This document shows positions 12,908-25,632 of a DNA stretch of 64,000 nt, one piece after another. How positions within the stretch are numbered: the first letter of the stretch is position 1; the number at the start of each line of letters is the position of its first letter. Position numbers and translations under genes: made by a program. Source of the stretch: the human T2T-CHM13v2.0 reference genome, Homo sapiens. The stretch lies in the NCBI RefSeq assembly GCF_009914755.1, contig NC_060932.1; one strand, given 5' to 3'. Below the pieces are notes generated by a model that ran no database searches, was not told the origin of the DNA, and saw only the letters and a program-made list of their open reading frames with translations.

Positions 12908-13964
12908 CTTCCTGGGAGATAATAATAATAAAATCAATGAACACCCACATGTACATTATGATCATTAATGCAGCCACTTCCTGCCTCATTTCTTAACCAT
13001 GACATATATATTTGGTTATAAAAACAAAGGCAAAACTGAACAAGATGAGGACGGAGAGCTTACTTTTTTCCTTAAATGCCAAAGCGTTTTTGCAACTCGC
13101 TGATTACTGTCAATTATCTCACAATTGATTTATTTTTCAGACTAGTAACTTTGGAATTGACTCCTCCTTTGTTAGCTCCCACATACCTTCCTCTTCCTTT
13201 CACCCTCAGACAAATCATGACAGGCAGTAAGTTAATCATTTGCCATGTTACAGAAAACAAAACAGAGACCGCAATCATGAAATCTTTTCTAAAATTGACA
13301 CAGTCAAGTTGGTGAAAGAGTTTCAACCAGAATGCTCATTTTCTGATGTTGAGAACTGCCTTTTCATGCTCTCTCTCACAATTTAAGGCATATATTGATA
13401 ATGACAGAGAAACAACTACTCTCTGTATTTGACTTGAAGCACAGGATGAAATTTTAAGTCACCCTACATACTTGCCTTGAGAACATCTAACCTCTCTGAG
13501 ATTTACCGTTAGGGTCTTTTTCCTTTGGTGTTTTCAGATGCACAACTGCCACTGTGAAGGATCACCGTCTAGAACCATCCACTCTACCACAGGTGTGAAT
13601 TTCCTCACTCTGCTTAAACTCTGAGGATGGGCGAGTGCTAAGAATGGAGTAAAACATCCAAAAGAGTAGAAAGGGGCAATTAACACTTCCAAAAGTGTCT
13701 CGAGGAGGATACCCACAAGAGTGGAAGGAACTGCTCGAATAATTTACCACTTTGCAGAGGGGCTGATGGATTTTGGCATTTTTCTGTTTAGCAATTTTTC
13801 TCTCAACCGCTATGGTCTAAGTCCTGTTCCAGACCTTAATGGTCATCAATCTCAAGCGACTGCAGCAGTCTCTCAGGCAATTTTCCTATTTTTAGAATTT
13901 CCATTCCCATCTGTTTATGCAGCTAGAATGTCCATGACTATCATTTAAATTCTGTCATTTTCTT

Positions 13965-14465
13965 TTTCTGTTCAGAAACCAACCCATATTTTTCCTTGCC
14001 TACTTTCAAGAATGTTGCCACTGTCTCTGCAAGAACTCCCCTTTCTAGTAACTCCTGCCATGCCCCCCATCCAGCCAAGCCAGCCCTCTTGTGCCCCCCT
14101 CTCTAGGTGGATCTCTGGATTCGATCTCTGGGCTTCCACATGACACCCCCTCCTCCAAAGCCTGCCACCCTGTACCCTAATACATGCCTCTCTTGCAGTA
14201 AACCTTCCCAAATGTCCCCCAGAAGCCTCACCTCAATTGCTTGGATGATCTCTCAGCATTTGTAAACCACTCATGATTCATTATTCAGGGTAAGTTAATA
14301 TGTTTATTTGTGGTCTTGTGCACTTTTTATTTTCGTAGGATCTCTCTGGAACTGGTAGGAACTTGACGACAGAGACCTTGCCTTCTACCTCCTTTTATGC
14401 CCCAGGGCACTAAATGTCAGGATCTGCATACAAGAATCACTCAATAAATATTGACTGAGTGTCGC
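13965..14465 (+). mobile_element. L2 LINE 3' end
   Basis: Pyrimidine-rich body ending CACTCAATAAATATTGACTGAGT, an L2-like tail; boundaries approximate. Confidence 0.5.
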
Positions 14466-15492
14466 TGATGGACCATTTGTCAAATCGCAGAGTTCCCTTT
14501 GGAATTGCTGTGAATCTCTTGATACTCTCCCCCAGAGCTGGGTAAATGCTGCTATGTGTAATAAATGGTTCTTCTGCTTTCCTCTTCCTGAACCCCTGCT
14601 TATCCCACGCGTAGACAGACGAAAGACTTGCTACTCAAATGACGAACCGTGTTCCACCATCATTGGCTTCCCCTGATGGCTCATGAAAAATGCAGGGTCG
14701 CAGGCACACACCCTGCCTAATGAACCGGTGTTTGTGTTTTCCCATTATCCCAGCAAATGACTTTATGTTACTCAAAGCTTGAGAAGCACTGGTTTAAGGG
14801 GAGGGGTTTCCTTCTTGGGACATTCCTGTTCTACGCAGTTGAGATGTTGATGGCCTGCAGCTACTTCCCTTAGTATTCCTAGGTGTAGCGACTTCAAACT
14901 GAAAACTCTGCGCCTGGTGATTTTTAAGCTGAGTAAACATATGTTTGCTAAATAAAACACTTATAGATCATGAAGTTTCATCCATGTAGTTTTCTATCAC
15001 TAACAACCTGTACCTTTGTTAAATGTAGTGATCATTGAATCAGTACTTATAAACCAATTAAATCAACAAATAGTTTTTCATAGCTACTCTCTGCATTACA
15101 TTGTATTGTGTGTTATAATACTAAAATAAGTATTTAATACAACTTTCCTGCCATCAAAGTGCTAGTAACCCATTGGTTTATTTTTCCATTTTTTTCTCGA
15201 TATATTAATAATTATTTTTTAATTTGCTAAACACATGACTAGAAGTTATGTGATTATTTGGTATTTTTCCTACTGGAAAAAATCTCACTGCTTGACTGTA
15301 AACCTAGCAAAACTCCTCCGATATCTCATAGTTGCAACTTCCAGGTCAAGACTGTACTCTGAAACAAAATAACACATCTCTAAAGTGACAACCAACTTGT
15401 CAATAAGCTTTAATTCTGAAGGTAAAATTATCAAGGAAGCCCATATCCGGGATCAATTTACCAATGATCTCTCTCTCTCTCTTACTGTCTGT

Positions 15493-16940
15493 AATGGTTT
15501 CCTACCCATTTTCATCTTTTCTAACCTTCTAATGTATAGCTATAGATATATATCTATCATGTATAGCTATAGATATATATCTATCTATCATGTATAGCTA
15601 TAGATATATATCTATCATATATAGCTATAGATACATATCTATCATGTATAGCTATAGATACATATCTATCATGTATAGCTATAGATACATATCTATCATG
15701 TATAGCTATAGATATATATCTATCATGTATAGCTATAGATATCTATCATGTATAGCTATAGATACCTATCATGTACAGATATAGATACCTATCATGTACA
15801 GATATAGATATATACCTATCATGTACAGATATAGATATATATCTATCATGTACAGATATAGATATATATCTATCATGTACAGATATATATATCATGTACA
15901 GATATAGATATCTATCATGTACAGATATAGATATCATGTACAGATATAGATATATATCTATCATGTACAGATATAGATATATATCTATCATGTACAGATA
16001 TAGATATATATCTATCATGTATATAGATATATATCATGTATAGATATAGATATATATCTATCATAGATATAGATATATATCTATCATAGATATATATCTA
16101 TCATAGATATAGATATATATCTATCATAGATATAGATATATATCTATCATAGATATAGATATATATCTATCATAGATATAGATATATATCTATCATAGAT
16201 ATAGATATATATCTATCATAGATATAGATATATATCTATCATAGATATAGATATATATCTATCATAGATATAGATATATATCTATCATAGATATAGATAT
16301 ATATCTATCATAGATATAGATATATATCTATCATAGATATAGATATATATCTATCATAGATATAGATATATATCTATCATAGATATAGATATATATCTAT
16401 CATAGATATAGATATATATCTATCATAGATATAGATATATATCTATCATGTATAGATATAGATATATATCTATCATGTATAGATATAGATATCTATCATG
16501 TATAGATATATCTATCATGTATAGATATAGATATCTATCATGTATAGATATAGATATATATCTATCATGTATAGATATAGATATCTATCATGTATATAGA
16601 TATATATCTATCATGTATAGATATAGATATATATCTATCATGTATAGATATATATATCTATCGTGTATAGATATAGATATCTATCATGTATATAGATATC
16701 TATCTATCATGTATAGATATAGATATATATATCTATATATCTATATCTAAGATATATATCTATATCTATACATGATAGATATATATCTATATCTCAGATA
16801 TAATATATAGATATATATCTATAATGTATAAATGTATAGATATATATCTTCTAATGTATAGATATAGATATATATCCACCTATATATCTATATGTATACA
16901 TTGGAAGGTTAGAAAAGATGAGAATGGGTAGGAAACAATT
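15493..16940. repeat. 46-bp inverted repeat pair (15493-15538 / 16895-16940) flanking the VNTR
   Basis: Left arm AATGGTTTCCTACCCATTTTCATCTTTTCTAACCTTCTAATGTATA vs reverse complement of right arm AATTGTTTCCTACCCATTCTCATCTTTTCTAACCTTCCAATGTATA: 43/46 identical. Confidence 0.95.
15534..16898. repeat. Compound palindromic AT-rich VNTR (27-bp and 23-bp units around AGATATATATCT)
   Basis: Blocks of ATCATGTATAGCTATAGATATATATCT, ATCATGTACAGATATAGATATATATCT, 15 perfect ATCATAGATATAGATATATATCT units (16100-16444), then ATCATGTATAGATATAGATATATATCT variants. Confidence 0.97.
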
Positions 16941-17481
16941 CTATATGTCACCTTGTTATAGGTGGTTGCAATTATACAAAATATTCTGATCATCATATTC
17001 TTGAAATTCCATTCACTTCATTTTCATGGTATCAACATAAGAGATAAGCTTAAAGCTAGGCAATTGTCAACATTTCATTCTATTGTTTCTACAAAAATGG
17101 AAATTCCTCACGGTTCTGCCTAACAACTCATTATAGCCTAATGAAGATTTTGGTTAATATGTAATGAAGATGAAGTATAATTAAATAATTCCCCACAGCT
17201 AAAAAGTTAATGTAATATTTAATAATGTTGCTAATTATATAAATTTAAAAATATATCAGCACATACGTGGTAGGGCAATGTATCACTTATTAAGATGGAC
17301 TTCTCCTTTAATGGGTGAACATTTAAAACATAAGTAAATAATGAAGTATACTAATAAAATACAGTCAACATAATAATTGAATTTCAAAGTCTATTCAACT
17401 TGAAATGTCAAAGAACTTCAATCTGAAATATCAAAGAACTTCAACCATCTCTATTTTCAAACTCAAGTGGCTATAAAGTAG

Positions 17482-18660
17482 TTTTTAAAATTGAGGTAAA
17501 ATATACTTCCAGGAAACGCACATGTCTTTGTTATATAATTCAATGATTGTTGACAAACTGTTCACTGTCACAAGTAGAGCCCACACCCCGGATGCAGGCA
17601 TAAAACATTTTCATCAATATGGAAATTTCATTTTTCCTCTTACATTCAGTTTCCATCCCTTCCCTCCACAGGCAACTTTTCTGGTTTTATTACCATAAAT
17701 TCATTACATCTGATCTTTAACTTTATATAAATGGAATTATATATTAGGCAAGCTCTCTTAAATTTGGATTCTGTCTCACAATATAATATTTTCAAGATTC
17801 ACAAATGTTTTATGTTTCAGCAAGTCACACTTTTTATTGTTGGGTAGTGTTCTTTTATACAAATATGTTATAATTTATCTCTCCAATTAATGGACTTTTG
17901 GATTGTTTCACCTTTTGGCTAATACAAACAAAGCTGCTATACATATTCTTATACAAAATATTTTGTGGACACGTATTTTCATTAAACGTGATAAAACAGA
18001 AAATTCCTAGGTTATTAGGTAGGTATATGTCTGACTTGATATAAAAGCACTAACGATTGTTCTAAGGTGATTGTACCATTTTATATTCCCACAGTAAGTG
18101 AGCATGCAAGTTGTTACGCATCCCTGTCAACATTTGATATTGTCAAGTTTTGTAATTTTAGCTGTTCTCATAACTATTTACTGGCATCTCATTGCGGTTT
18201 CAACGTGCATTTCCTTGAAGATTATTGATGTTGATAAACTTTTCAGGTGCTTTTTTGACCATTTTTATTTCTTCTTAATAATCCATTGAAGTATTGTGAT
18301 GATTGAAGTCTTAGTGGGTTTTTTATTATTTATTTAGAGGAATTCAGTATATAAATATGTTTAGTGCATCATATGTAGTCTTTTATTAGATAAAACAATT
18401 TTTAACATTTTCCGCTACAGAGTTCATTTCTGTATGAAATGAGCTGTAGCTTTCCTTTTTATTTTCATAATGGTACTTTTTAATAATATCTTATTTATCA
18501 ATGTTATTTCCTCTTAGGATTAGTGCTTCGTCTATCTTAAGACAACTCAGTATATCTGATGGCAGTAAGTCACTCTCTTACATTAGCCTCTAGTTTTTTA
18601 ATTGGGTCTCTTATATGCCCAAGTGTGAGTGTGAGGTAAGAGTGCAGTTTCACTGATATA
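17482..18660 (-). mobile_element. Old L1M (MD/ME-type) 3' region
   Basis: TTTTAAAATTGAGGTAAAATATAC start, TATATAAATGGAATTATAT, TGATTGTACCATTTTATATTCCCACAGTAAGTG, CTCATTGCGGTTTCAACGTGCATTTCC are antisense L1M motifs. Confidence 0.75.
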
Positions 18661-19473
18661 CTCATTTTGATTTCAGGAACCACTTGATTCATATCTTGTG
18701 GATATACTGCAGAAGGTCAAAAGGTGAGAAAGAAGAGGAAAGACAGCAAAGATCATATGAAAACACTTTTCCAGAGTTTTGAGAGGTGATTGCAATGAAA
18801 AGGCAATTATAAATAAAATATTAACTTTGCTTCCATGAAGCCAGTACTCATGCTATATAAAAAATACATACATTTATTCAAGAAGATGCATTTACACACA
18901 TATAAGTGTATATACACATGTACAAACATAACTGTATGTATACATATACAAAAATGTCACTATAGATCAGTATTTAGAAATTTTTTTTACTATGTTTGTA
19001 TTTAATTATGGGACATCTGTTTATAAATTCGTGTTGGTTGAAATTTAGTAAAATGTTGTATTTTCCTACTCTTTCCTATTTTCCTTTGTTCATACAGACA
19101 TAGTCAAGTTTATAGGTGCAAAAGAAGAAATGTGGAGTCAAGCTAAACATATCATATATATAAAAACTCTTTAGTAGATCCATTTATATATATGGGTGAA
19201 TAATAAATATGCCATATAAATGTAATATAATACTTTTTCAGATCTGAAAAAGTTAACAATCTTTGTATAGTATGCTTAAATAATTAGAACATGAAAAACT
19301 TCCAAATGCCATTTTTTATTATCCTCAATTTGCTACATAGTTTAATAGTTTTATTTAACACTTCAATAAAAAGTTTTATAATGTATTTATTTGACTATCA
19401 TAAGAAAAAGAGGAATAGCACATAACTTACCTTTCACAACTGATTCTACAGTTTTTTTTCTTTGATCACAGCA

Positions 19474-19711
19474 TTTTTTTTTTATACTTTAAGTTCTAGG
19501 GTACATGTGCACAATGTGCAGGTTTGTTACATATGTACACATGTGCCATGGTGCTGTGCTGCACCCATTAACTCGTCAATTGCATTAGGTATATCTCCTA
19601 ATGCTATCCCTCCCCCCTCCCCCCACCCCACGACAGGCCTTAGTGTGTGATGTTCCCGTTCTTGTGTCCAAGTGTTCTCACTGTTCAGTTCCCACCTATA
19701 AGTGAGACATG
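19474..19711 (-). mobile_element. L1PA (PA5-like) 3' end, 5'-truncated
   Basis: Poly-T then ATACTTTAAGTTCTAGGGTACATGTGCAC..CCTAATGCTATCCCTCCCCCCTCCCCCCACCCCACGACAGG. Confidence 0.93.
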
Positions 19712-20044
19712 GATTTGAAGAAGTAAAGCATACACGTAACATTAGGTAAAATGGATGATCTAAAATATGTGACTAATAAAACCTTATCATTTGAAACTGA
19801 ATACATCAACTTTTCATTGGTACAGTAAAGAAAGACCCCATTTGGCTTGTACTTGTAGCATTGCAGAAAACAAGTTATGTATTTGAGGCAAATTTTGCTT
19901 CCTTATCTGACAGTTAAGTCTGCCAGCTGAACGTTTGACATTCTGTGCATTGTTTTATAATAAGCTGTACAAAACTTTACTCACTGCTAAATCCAATTTT
20001 CATATCTATGAAATTCTATAGTGAATATTACAAATCTCTAATCT

Positions 20045-20345
20045 AAATGGACATGAGGCTAGGTTTTGGAAGATCACAGTCCTGAATTTAAGCTACATTG
20101 CTGACTTGCTATATAATTGAAAAATTAATGCAACTTTCCTGTTTCTCAAATATCCTTATCAATAATGGAATAATGAAAATGTCTGGGGTATAAGCATTTC
20201 ACTCTGAAGTCCACTATTTGTGTAACCTTGTAAAATCACTTGACTTTTGAACCTCAATTCTTTTGTCACTAAAATATGGAGAAAAACATTTGCAGTTGAT
20301 GCTACAGGCTTTGTGCTAAGATCCACTGAAGTATATGGCGCTATT
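20045..20345 (+). mobile_element. Two adjacent MIR fragments
   Basis: Two successive core-like motifs (TCCTGAATTTAAGCTAC.. and CCACTATTTGTGTAACCTTGTAAAATCACTTGAC..CCTCAATTC). Confidence 0.5.
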
Positions 20346-20639
20346 TATATTGTGTATGAGTTGTTTCCATGTGGAAAAAGAACAAAAATCAGTGGCTAGA
20401 CATGAAAATTCAGCAGAGAGCAGAACTTTCAACAAACTTATTGATGATGATACAGTCATCCTTTATTGGAATAACATTATATATTGGGAATACAAGAAGT
20501 TTAATGCCATGAGAAGTTATACTGGGCAAATCACATACCTTAATTTTATAATATGTCAAAATATTATTGTTCCGGAAGTGTTTTGAGAAACAAATGAGCT
20601 TACACAATGAATTTAATGCAATTATTGACACCTGTGAAG

Positions 20640-22340
20640 TGCTTGAGAAATAGTATAAATTCTACAAAAAGTGCTGGGACAACTGGATATCCACATGCAA
20701 AAATGCATTTGGATCCCTACCTCACACCATACAGAAAAATTATCTCAAAGGAGATCATAGAGTTATGCAATGGCTTGGATATGGTTGTCTCCACCAAAAC
20801 CAATGTTGAAACTTGATCTCCAATGTGTCAGTGTTGGGCCTAGAAGAGGTATTTGGGTTATGCAGACAGAACCCTCATGAACGGCTTGGTGATATTCTCG
20901 TGGGAGTGAGTGAGTTCTTGTTCTGACAAGGTAAGAACAGTTCTTGAAGGAAAAGATTAGTTTTGTTGAGGTAGTTTGTTTTTAAGCAAATTCCCTCCTC
21001 ATGTTTGGCTGTATTTTGTACGTGCCCACTTCCCCTTTGACCTTCTTCACCATGTTTTGACACAGCACAAAAGCCCTCACCAGAGACTGGTGCCATGCTT
21101 CTGCTATGGCCCCCAACAACCATGAGTGAAATAAACCTCTTTCTTTATAATTTATCCAGCCCCAAATATTCCTTTTATCACAACACAAAACAGACTAAGA
21201 CAATTTAAATTTCATAGCTAAAATCATAAAAATATTTGAAAAAAGCAAAAGAGTAAATCTTTATAACCGTGGTTGAGGCCATGCTTCCCTTGATATGATA
21301 CAAAAAGCACAAGGAATTAAAGAAGACGGAAAGGTTAAATTTTACCGACATTAAAAATTTTTCTGCTGCAAAGGATACCACCAAGAAAAGATAGTCCACA
21401 TAATGAGAGAAAATATTTGCAAATACTACATCCAAAACGGTCTAATAACCAGAATATATAGAGAGAACTTACAAGTCAACAACAACCACAAAAACCCTAA
21501 CAATTAAAAATTGGGAAAAAGATTTAAATAGACATTTCTCCAAAGAAGACATACAAATGGCCAATAAGCCCATGAAAAGATGCTAAAGATCATTAGTCAT
21601 TTAAGAAATTAAATTTAAAGCCACAGTGAGAAAAGCCACAATGAGATACCATTTCATACCCACTAGAAGGGCTATCACTGGACAGATGATAATAGGCACT
21701 GGCAAGGATGTAGAGAATTGGAACCCTCTCGTGTTGCTTGTCGGAAAGTAAAATGTTAGAGATATGCTGGAAGACAGTTTTGCAATTCCTCAAATGGTTA
21801 AAATTACTGTTACCCTGTGAGTAAAGAATTCCACTCCTAGTTTTTCTACCCAAGAAAACTGAAAACATATAGTAACACAAAAACTAGTGGGCAAATATTC
21901 ATGGCAGCATCATTCATAATATCCAAAATATGGAAACAATTCAAGCATTCACCAACTGATGACTCTGGACAAACTAATATAGCATACACATTCAGTAGCA
22001 TTTTACGGGTCATTAAAAATCAACAAAGTACTAAGGTATGTTGGAATACTGAGGGACCAGAATCATTAAAGTAAGTCAATGAAAAATCACAAAACACCAC
22101 ATATTATGAGATCTCATATAATGCCCAATGCCTAGGGTATAGGGTGGGGAGTCAGGGTAGAACAGAAAATGACTGATAATAGGTACAGAACATTTTTTAG
22201 GGGTGATGAAAATATTCTAAAATCGGATTGTGATGACTGCACGATGATGTAAGCATACAAAAATTCATGGAATTGCACACTTTATGTGGATAAACTTAAG
22301 GATATGTAAATTTTATCTTAATAACATTGTTTTAAAAAGG
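20640..22340 (+). mobile_element. L1MB-type ORF2 end plus 3' UTR, interrupted by an MST LTR
   Basis: GTGCTGGGACAACTGGATATCCACATGCAAAA, AATAGACATTTCTCCAAAGAAGACATACAAATGGCCAATAAG, and 3' UTR GGGTGATGAAAATATTCTAAAAT. Confidence 0.85.
20766..21202 (+). mobile_element. MST-type solo LTR (ERVL-MaLR) nested in L1
   Basis: TG..CA ends (TGCAATGGCTTGGATATGG..CAGACTAAGACA), GCCCTCACCAGA, AATAAACCTCTTTCTTTATAA; flanks AGTTA/ATTTA. Confidence 0.88.
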
Positions 22341-23399
22341 TAAAATAAAAATATCCTCAGATACTGCAGCATTCAAAAAATAATTACTATGACAATAAAG
22401 AAAGACATTAAAGAAGGGCTTATCACACCTTGTAAATTCTTAAAAATATACATGATAGAGGCATAAAATGAGTTTGGAACATCTACATGGATGAGATTTC
22501 TGCTATTTTTCCACTTTAAAATACTATTGCCATTTATTATAGTAATTCCTATTATGTTATACATCTGTATATGTGTGCATGTGCTTATAGAGATATTTAA
22601 TTGAAAGGGACAATGTTGCATCATTTTCAAACAAACACTATTATTCTTTAGACATTTTTTTCTTATTAAATTTGTCAGCCTGACACATAAGTATCAACTT
22701 CATTCATGTGAAATTGATGTGAGGTCACTTTCTAAGCTCAGTGGGAAATACATTTAGCAGAATAATTTTGCCACCTACTTAGTTAAGGGGAGAAATACAG
22801 GCTTATTGCAGGATGTAATTCACCAACTGTTTATATAATTTTAAGCCTTTAGTAATAAAGCAATCATGAGCTTGTCACTTTACTTCTCTACTCATGACAC
22901 TTCAAAACGCAATAAAATATAGTGCTTGACAATTTTAATTTATTTTAATTAAAAGACATCCCAAAAGCGTGATGCAAATGCTTGAAAATTTAAAGCTTAG
23001 CTCCCTTTGCTTTAACTAAAGAAATGTTCGATTCGTTTCTCCATCAAGTGAAGGGCACTTTTAAGCATCCGCACTGGCCCTTAGATGATGTGGTCTTTAA
23101 AAAGAATAGTTTGATTTGACAAAGGAAAACAGGAATTTTGAAAGAACCTACAAAAGAAAGACTTGAAAATAATCAGCCAAAAATGTTCATGATCATGTTG
23201 TAGGGTGAAATATTTATTATTTCCTTTTGTAATGATAAGAACAATGAAATCCAGAAAAAAATGTGGAAGATGAATAAAGTGGTGGCAACAGCCTTTTTGT
23301 CTATCTCTATCAAAATGCAGTGTTCTCTCCATCATGCTGTCTCTTTGAAGGACTTCATTCTAAGTACTCATGTTCTAATCATGCTGAAAGCAATATAAA

Positions 23400-24140
23400 A
23401 TCATTCATTTGTTCAGAAATAATTTTTGAGTGATGACTTGTGTGCCAACCCCCATTCTGACTGCTTGGCATACAGTCAGGAACACGGGTTCTCATTGCAT
23501 AAAGTTGACGGTTTAGCAGCAGCTGGGTAGGGAGATACTGCTATACACAAATACTTCAATAGACAAGACAAGACAAGACTTGAATGGTAAGCTGATCACT
23601 GAACCCACGCTGGAGAGGAAACAGGTAGTGTAGGTAGAGCTTGTGGTCAAGGAGATTACTCAAAGGAGAAAATATTAAACCCCAAGTTATTACTGCTTCA
23701 GAGGCTGAATAACAAGAAGAGCCCATGCACAGAAAACCCAGGGGCTGGGCCCAGGACAGAGGTACGCAGGAGCCCACAGGTGGGAAAGGCTCAGATGGTT
23801 CATGAAGGAGAACAAAGAGCAGTGTGTCTGCAGTGGACTCAGAACATTTGAGCCTGGAAGGAGAGGAGGGTTCATAGAGGCCACAGTGGCACCACGCAGA
23901 GATTTGTTGGTCAGAATTAGGAGTTTGGATTTTATTCAACTTCAGATTGGAAGCCAGTGACGAATCTTGATTAGGGTCCTGAAGTAATTTGAGTAACATT
24001 TGGAAAATATCTTTCTGCCTACTATGTGGAGAATGGACCACTGTAGACACCTTAATAAACATGGCAAAGAGGTGTGAAGCTACTGAGGAGAGGAATTTGA
24101 CTTGAGTGACAATAGCAGACAAGGAGAGAAGGTTAAGAGA
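23400..24140 (-). mobile_element. L2 LINE 3' portion
   Basis: TCATTCATTTGTTCAGAAATAATTTTTGAGTG..TGTGTGCCA antisense tail; GGAGTTTGGATTTTATTC and GGAAGCCAGTGA motifs. Confidence 0.65.
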
Positions 24141-24148
24141 CAAAGTTT

Positions 24149-24452
24149 CTCTTTTTTTCTTTTTTTGAGGTGGAGTCTTGCTCTGTCGCCCAGGCTGGAG
24201 TGCAATGGCGTGATCTCGGCTCACTGCAACCTCCACCTCCTGAGTTCAAGCGATTCTTCTTCCTCAGCCTCTGAGTAGCTGCGATTACAGACGTGCACCA
24301 CCACATCCAGCTATTTTTTTTGTTATATTTTTAGTAGAGACAGGGTTTCACCATGTTGGCCAGGCTGGTCTCGAACTCCCGACCCCAGGTGATCTGCCCA
24401 CCTCAGCCTCCAGAAGTGTTGGGATTACAAGTGTGAGCCACTACACCAAGCC
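24149..24452 (-). mobile_element. AluSx-like, full length
   Basis: Complete antisense Alu; TSD-like AGAGACAAA(G/A)TTT on both sides. Confidence 0.95.
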
Positions 24453-25347
24453 TAGAGACAAAATTTTAAACGTCAATTCAAAACATTTAACTTGCAGGTG
24501 CAGAATACTAAAATAAATAATTTTTTTTGTGCTGAGACCAGTTGAAACTCTAATGCGTCTTAAAAGAAGCAGTATCAAAAATACCCAGTGTGAATTAACC
24601 GGACACAAATAAAAAATACATTAATTAAATTTTGTTCCAGAAAATGAAAAATACTATTTTTCTAAATTGACATGACTTACTATAATGGACTATGGAATAA
24701 TGGATTTGATCACTTTATTAATTTTAATAGCTATAAAACATTTACGCATCATGTTGCTATAAATGAGATTAGCAAAATGCAGTCACAGGTCCAATTTTTT
24801 CTTTTATGCATATTTTGTAGTATCTTTTTCATTTAAAAAATCACTTTACGATAAAATGCACACATAATTCTAAATAGAAGTGAAAGAAAAATTAAGAGAA
24901 ATGTGAGTAGGAAGAAAAATGTAAACACATATATTTGTGTATGATATTTGCTTCAACTGATCATGAAATTAGCCTTTAATTTTACAGTAGCTGAGAAAGA
25001 AAATATGTTTGGTAATCTAATTATTCATATCTAATAATTGAGTACAACACATCATAAAGAAAGGGTAGGTTTTCTTTCCTCTTACATGATTATAAAAAAG
25101 TAGCATGGATTAGTGAAAAATGACTACTTTAGAGTTTCAGGTTAGTAGCACAGTAATGAATGACTTCTCCACCTCTGTGGCCAGAGAAGCAATTGTTTGT
25201 TCCACTTTCACAGTTCACTTCTTCTGGTCTTGAAGAGGCCTGGTTGGTCATATTCACACTGGAATATAACACCACTTAGGCACAGAGAATTAGAATAACA
25301 GATACTACGGGAACCCCACTGTTATGAATGGGAAGGGGTCTAGAATT

Positions 25348-25632
25348 GCCTCAGATTCCACTAGGACAGCAGCATCCCATTCAAAGAGACCACAATATTC
25401 CCCAGGACTACAACATGACAAGGGAAGGAGTCAGTTTCCTGCGGGACACCAGCATCACAAGGGAACCAACCACCATTTCTCCTAGGGCATCAGCATCGCA
25501 GAGGAAGGAGCCACAGATTCCACCAGGACACCAGCCTCAAAGGCAAGAAGCTACAACTTTTTCCAGGATACCAGAATTACAAAGAGAGGAGCCACAAGTT
25601 ACCCCTAAAACCCTGTAATCACAAGGAAAGAA
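25348..25632 (+). repeat. Degenerate ~40-bp minisatellite, about 7 copies
   Basis: Approximate consensus AGCCACAGATTCCACCAGGACACCAGCATCACAAGGGAAGG recurring about every 40 bp. Confidence 0.8.

Noticed and set aside
15590-16750. Repetitive YRYISIM / IDIYL ORFs
   Set aside because: These are translations of a 27-bp microsatellite that lacks stops in some frames
17401-17444. Short tandem duplication of TGAAAT(G/A)TCAAAGAACTTCAA
   Set aside because: A real but ordinary microduplication with no sign of function
23556-24236. Longest ORF (226 aa, minus strand)
   Set aside because: It starts at a GTG inside an Alu right arm, reads through the Alu tail and continues through decayed L2; no recognisable domain
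25328-25618. 96-aa Pro/Gln/Thr-rich ORF as a mucin-like exon
   Set aside because: The ~40-bp unit is not a multiple of 3, the peptide does not repeat in frame, and the open frame is explained by T-poor composition
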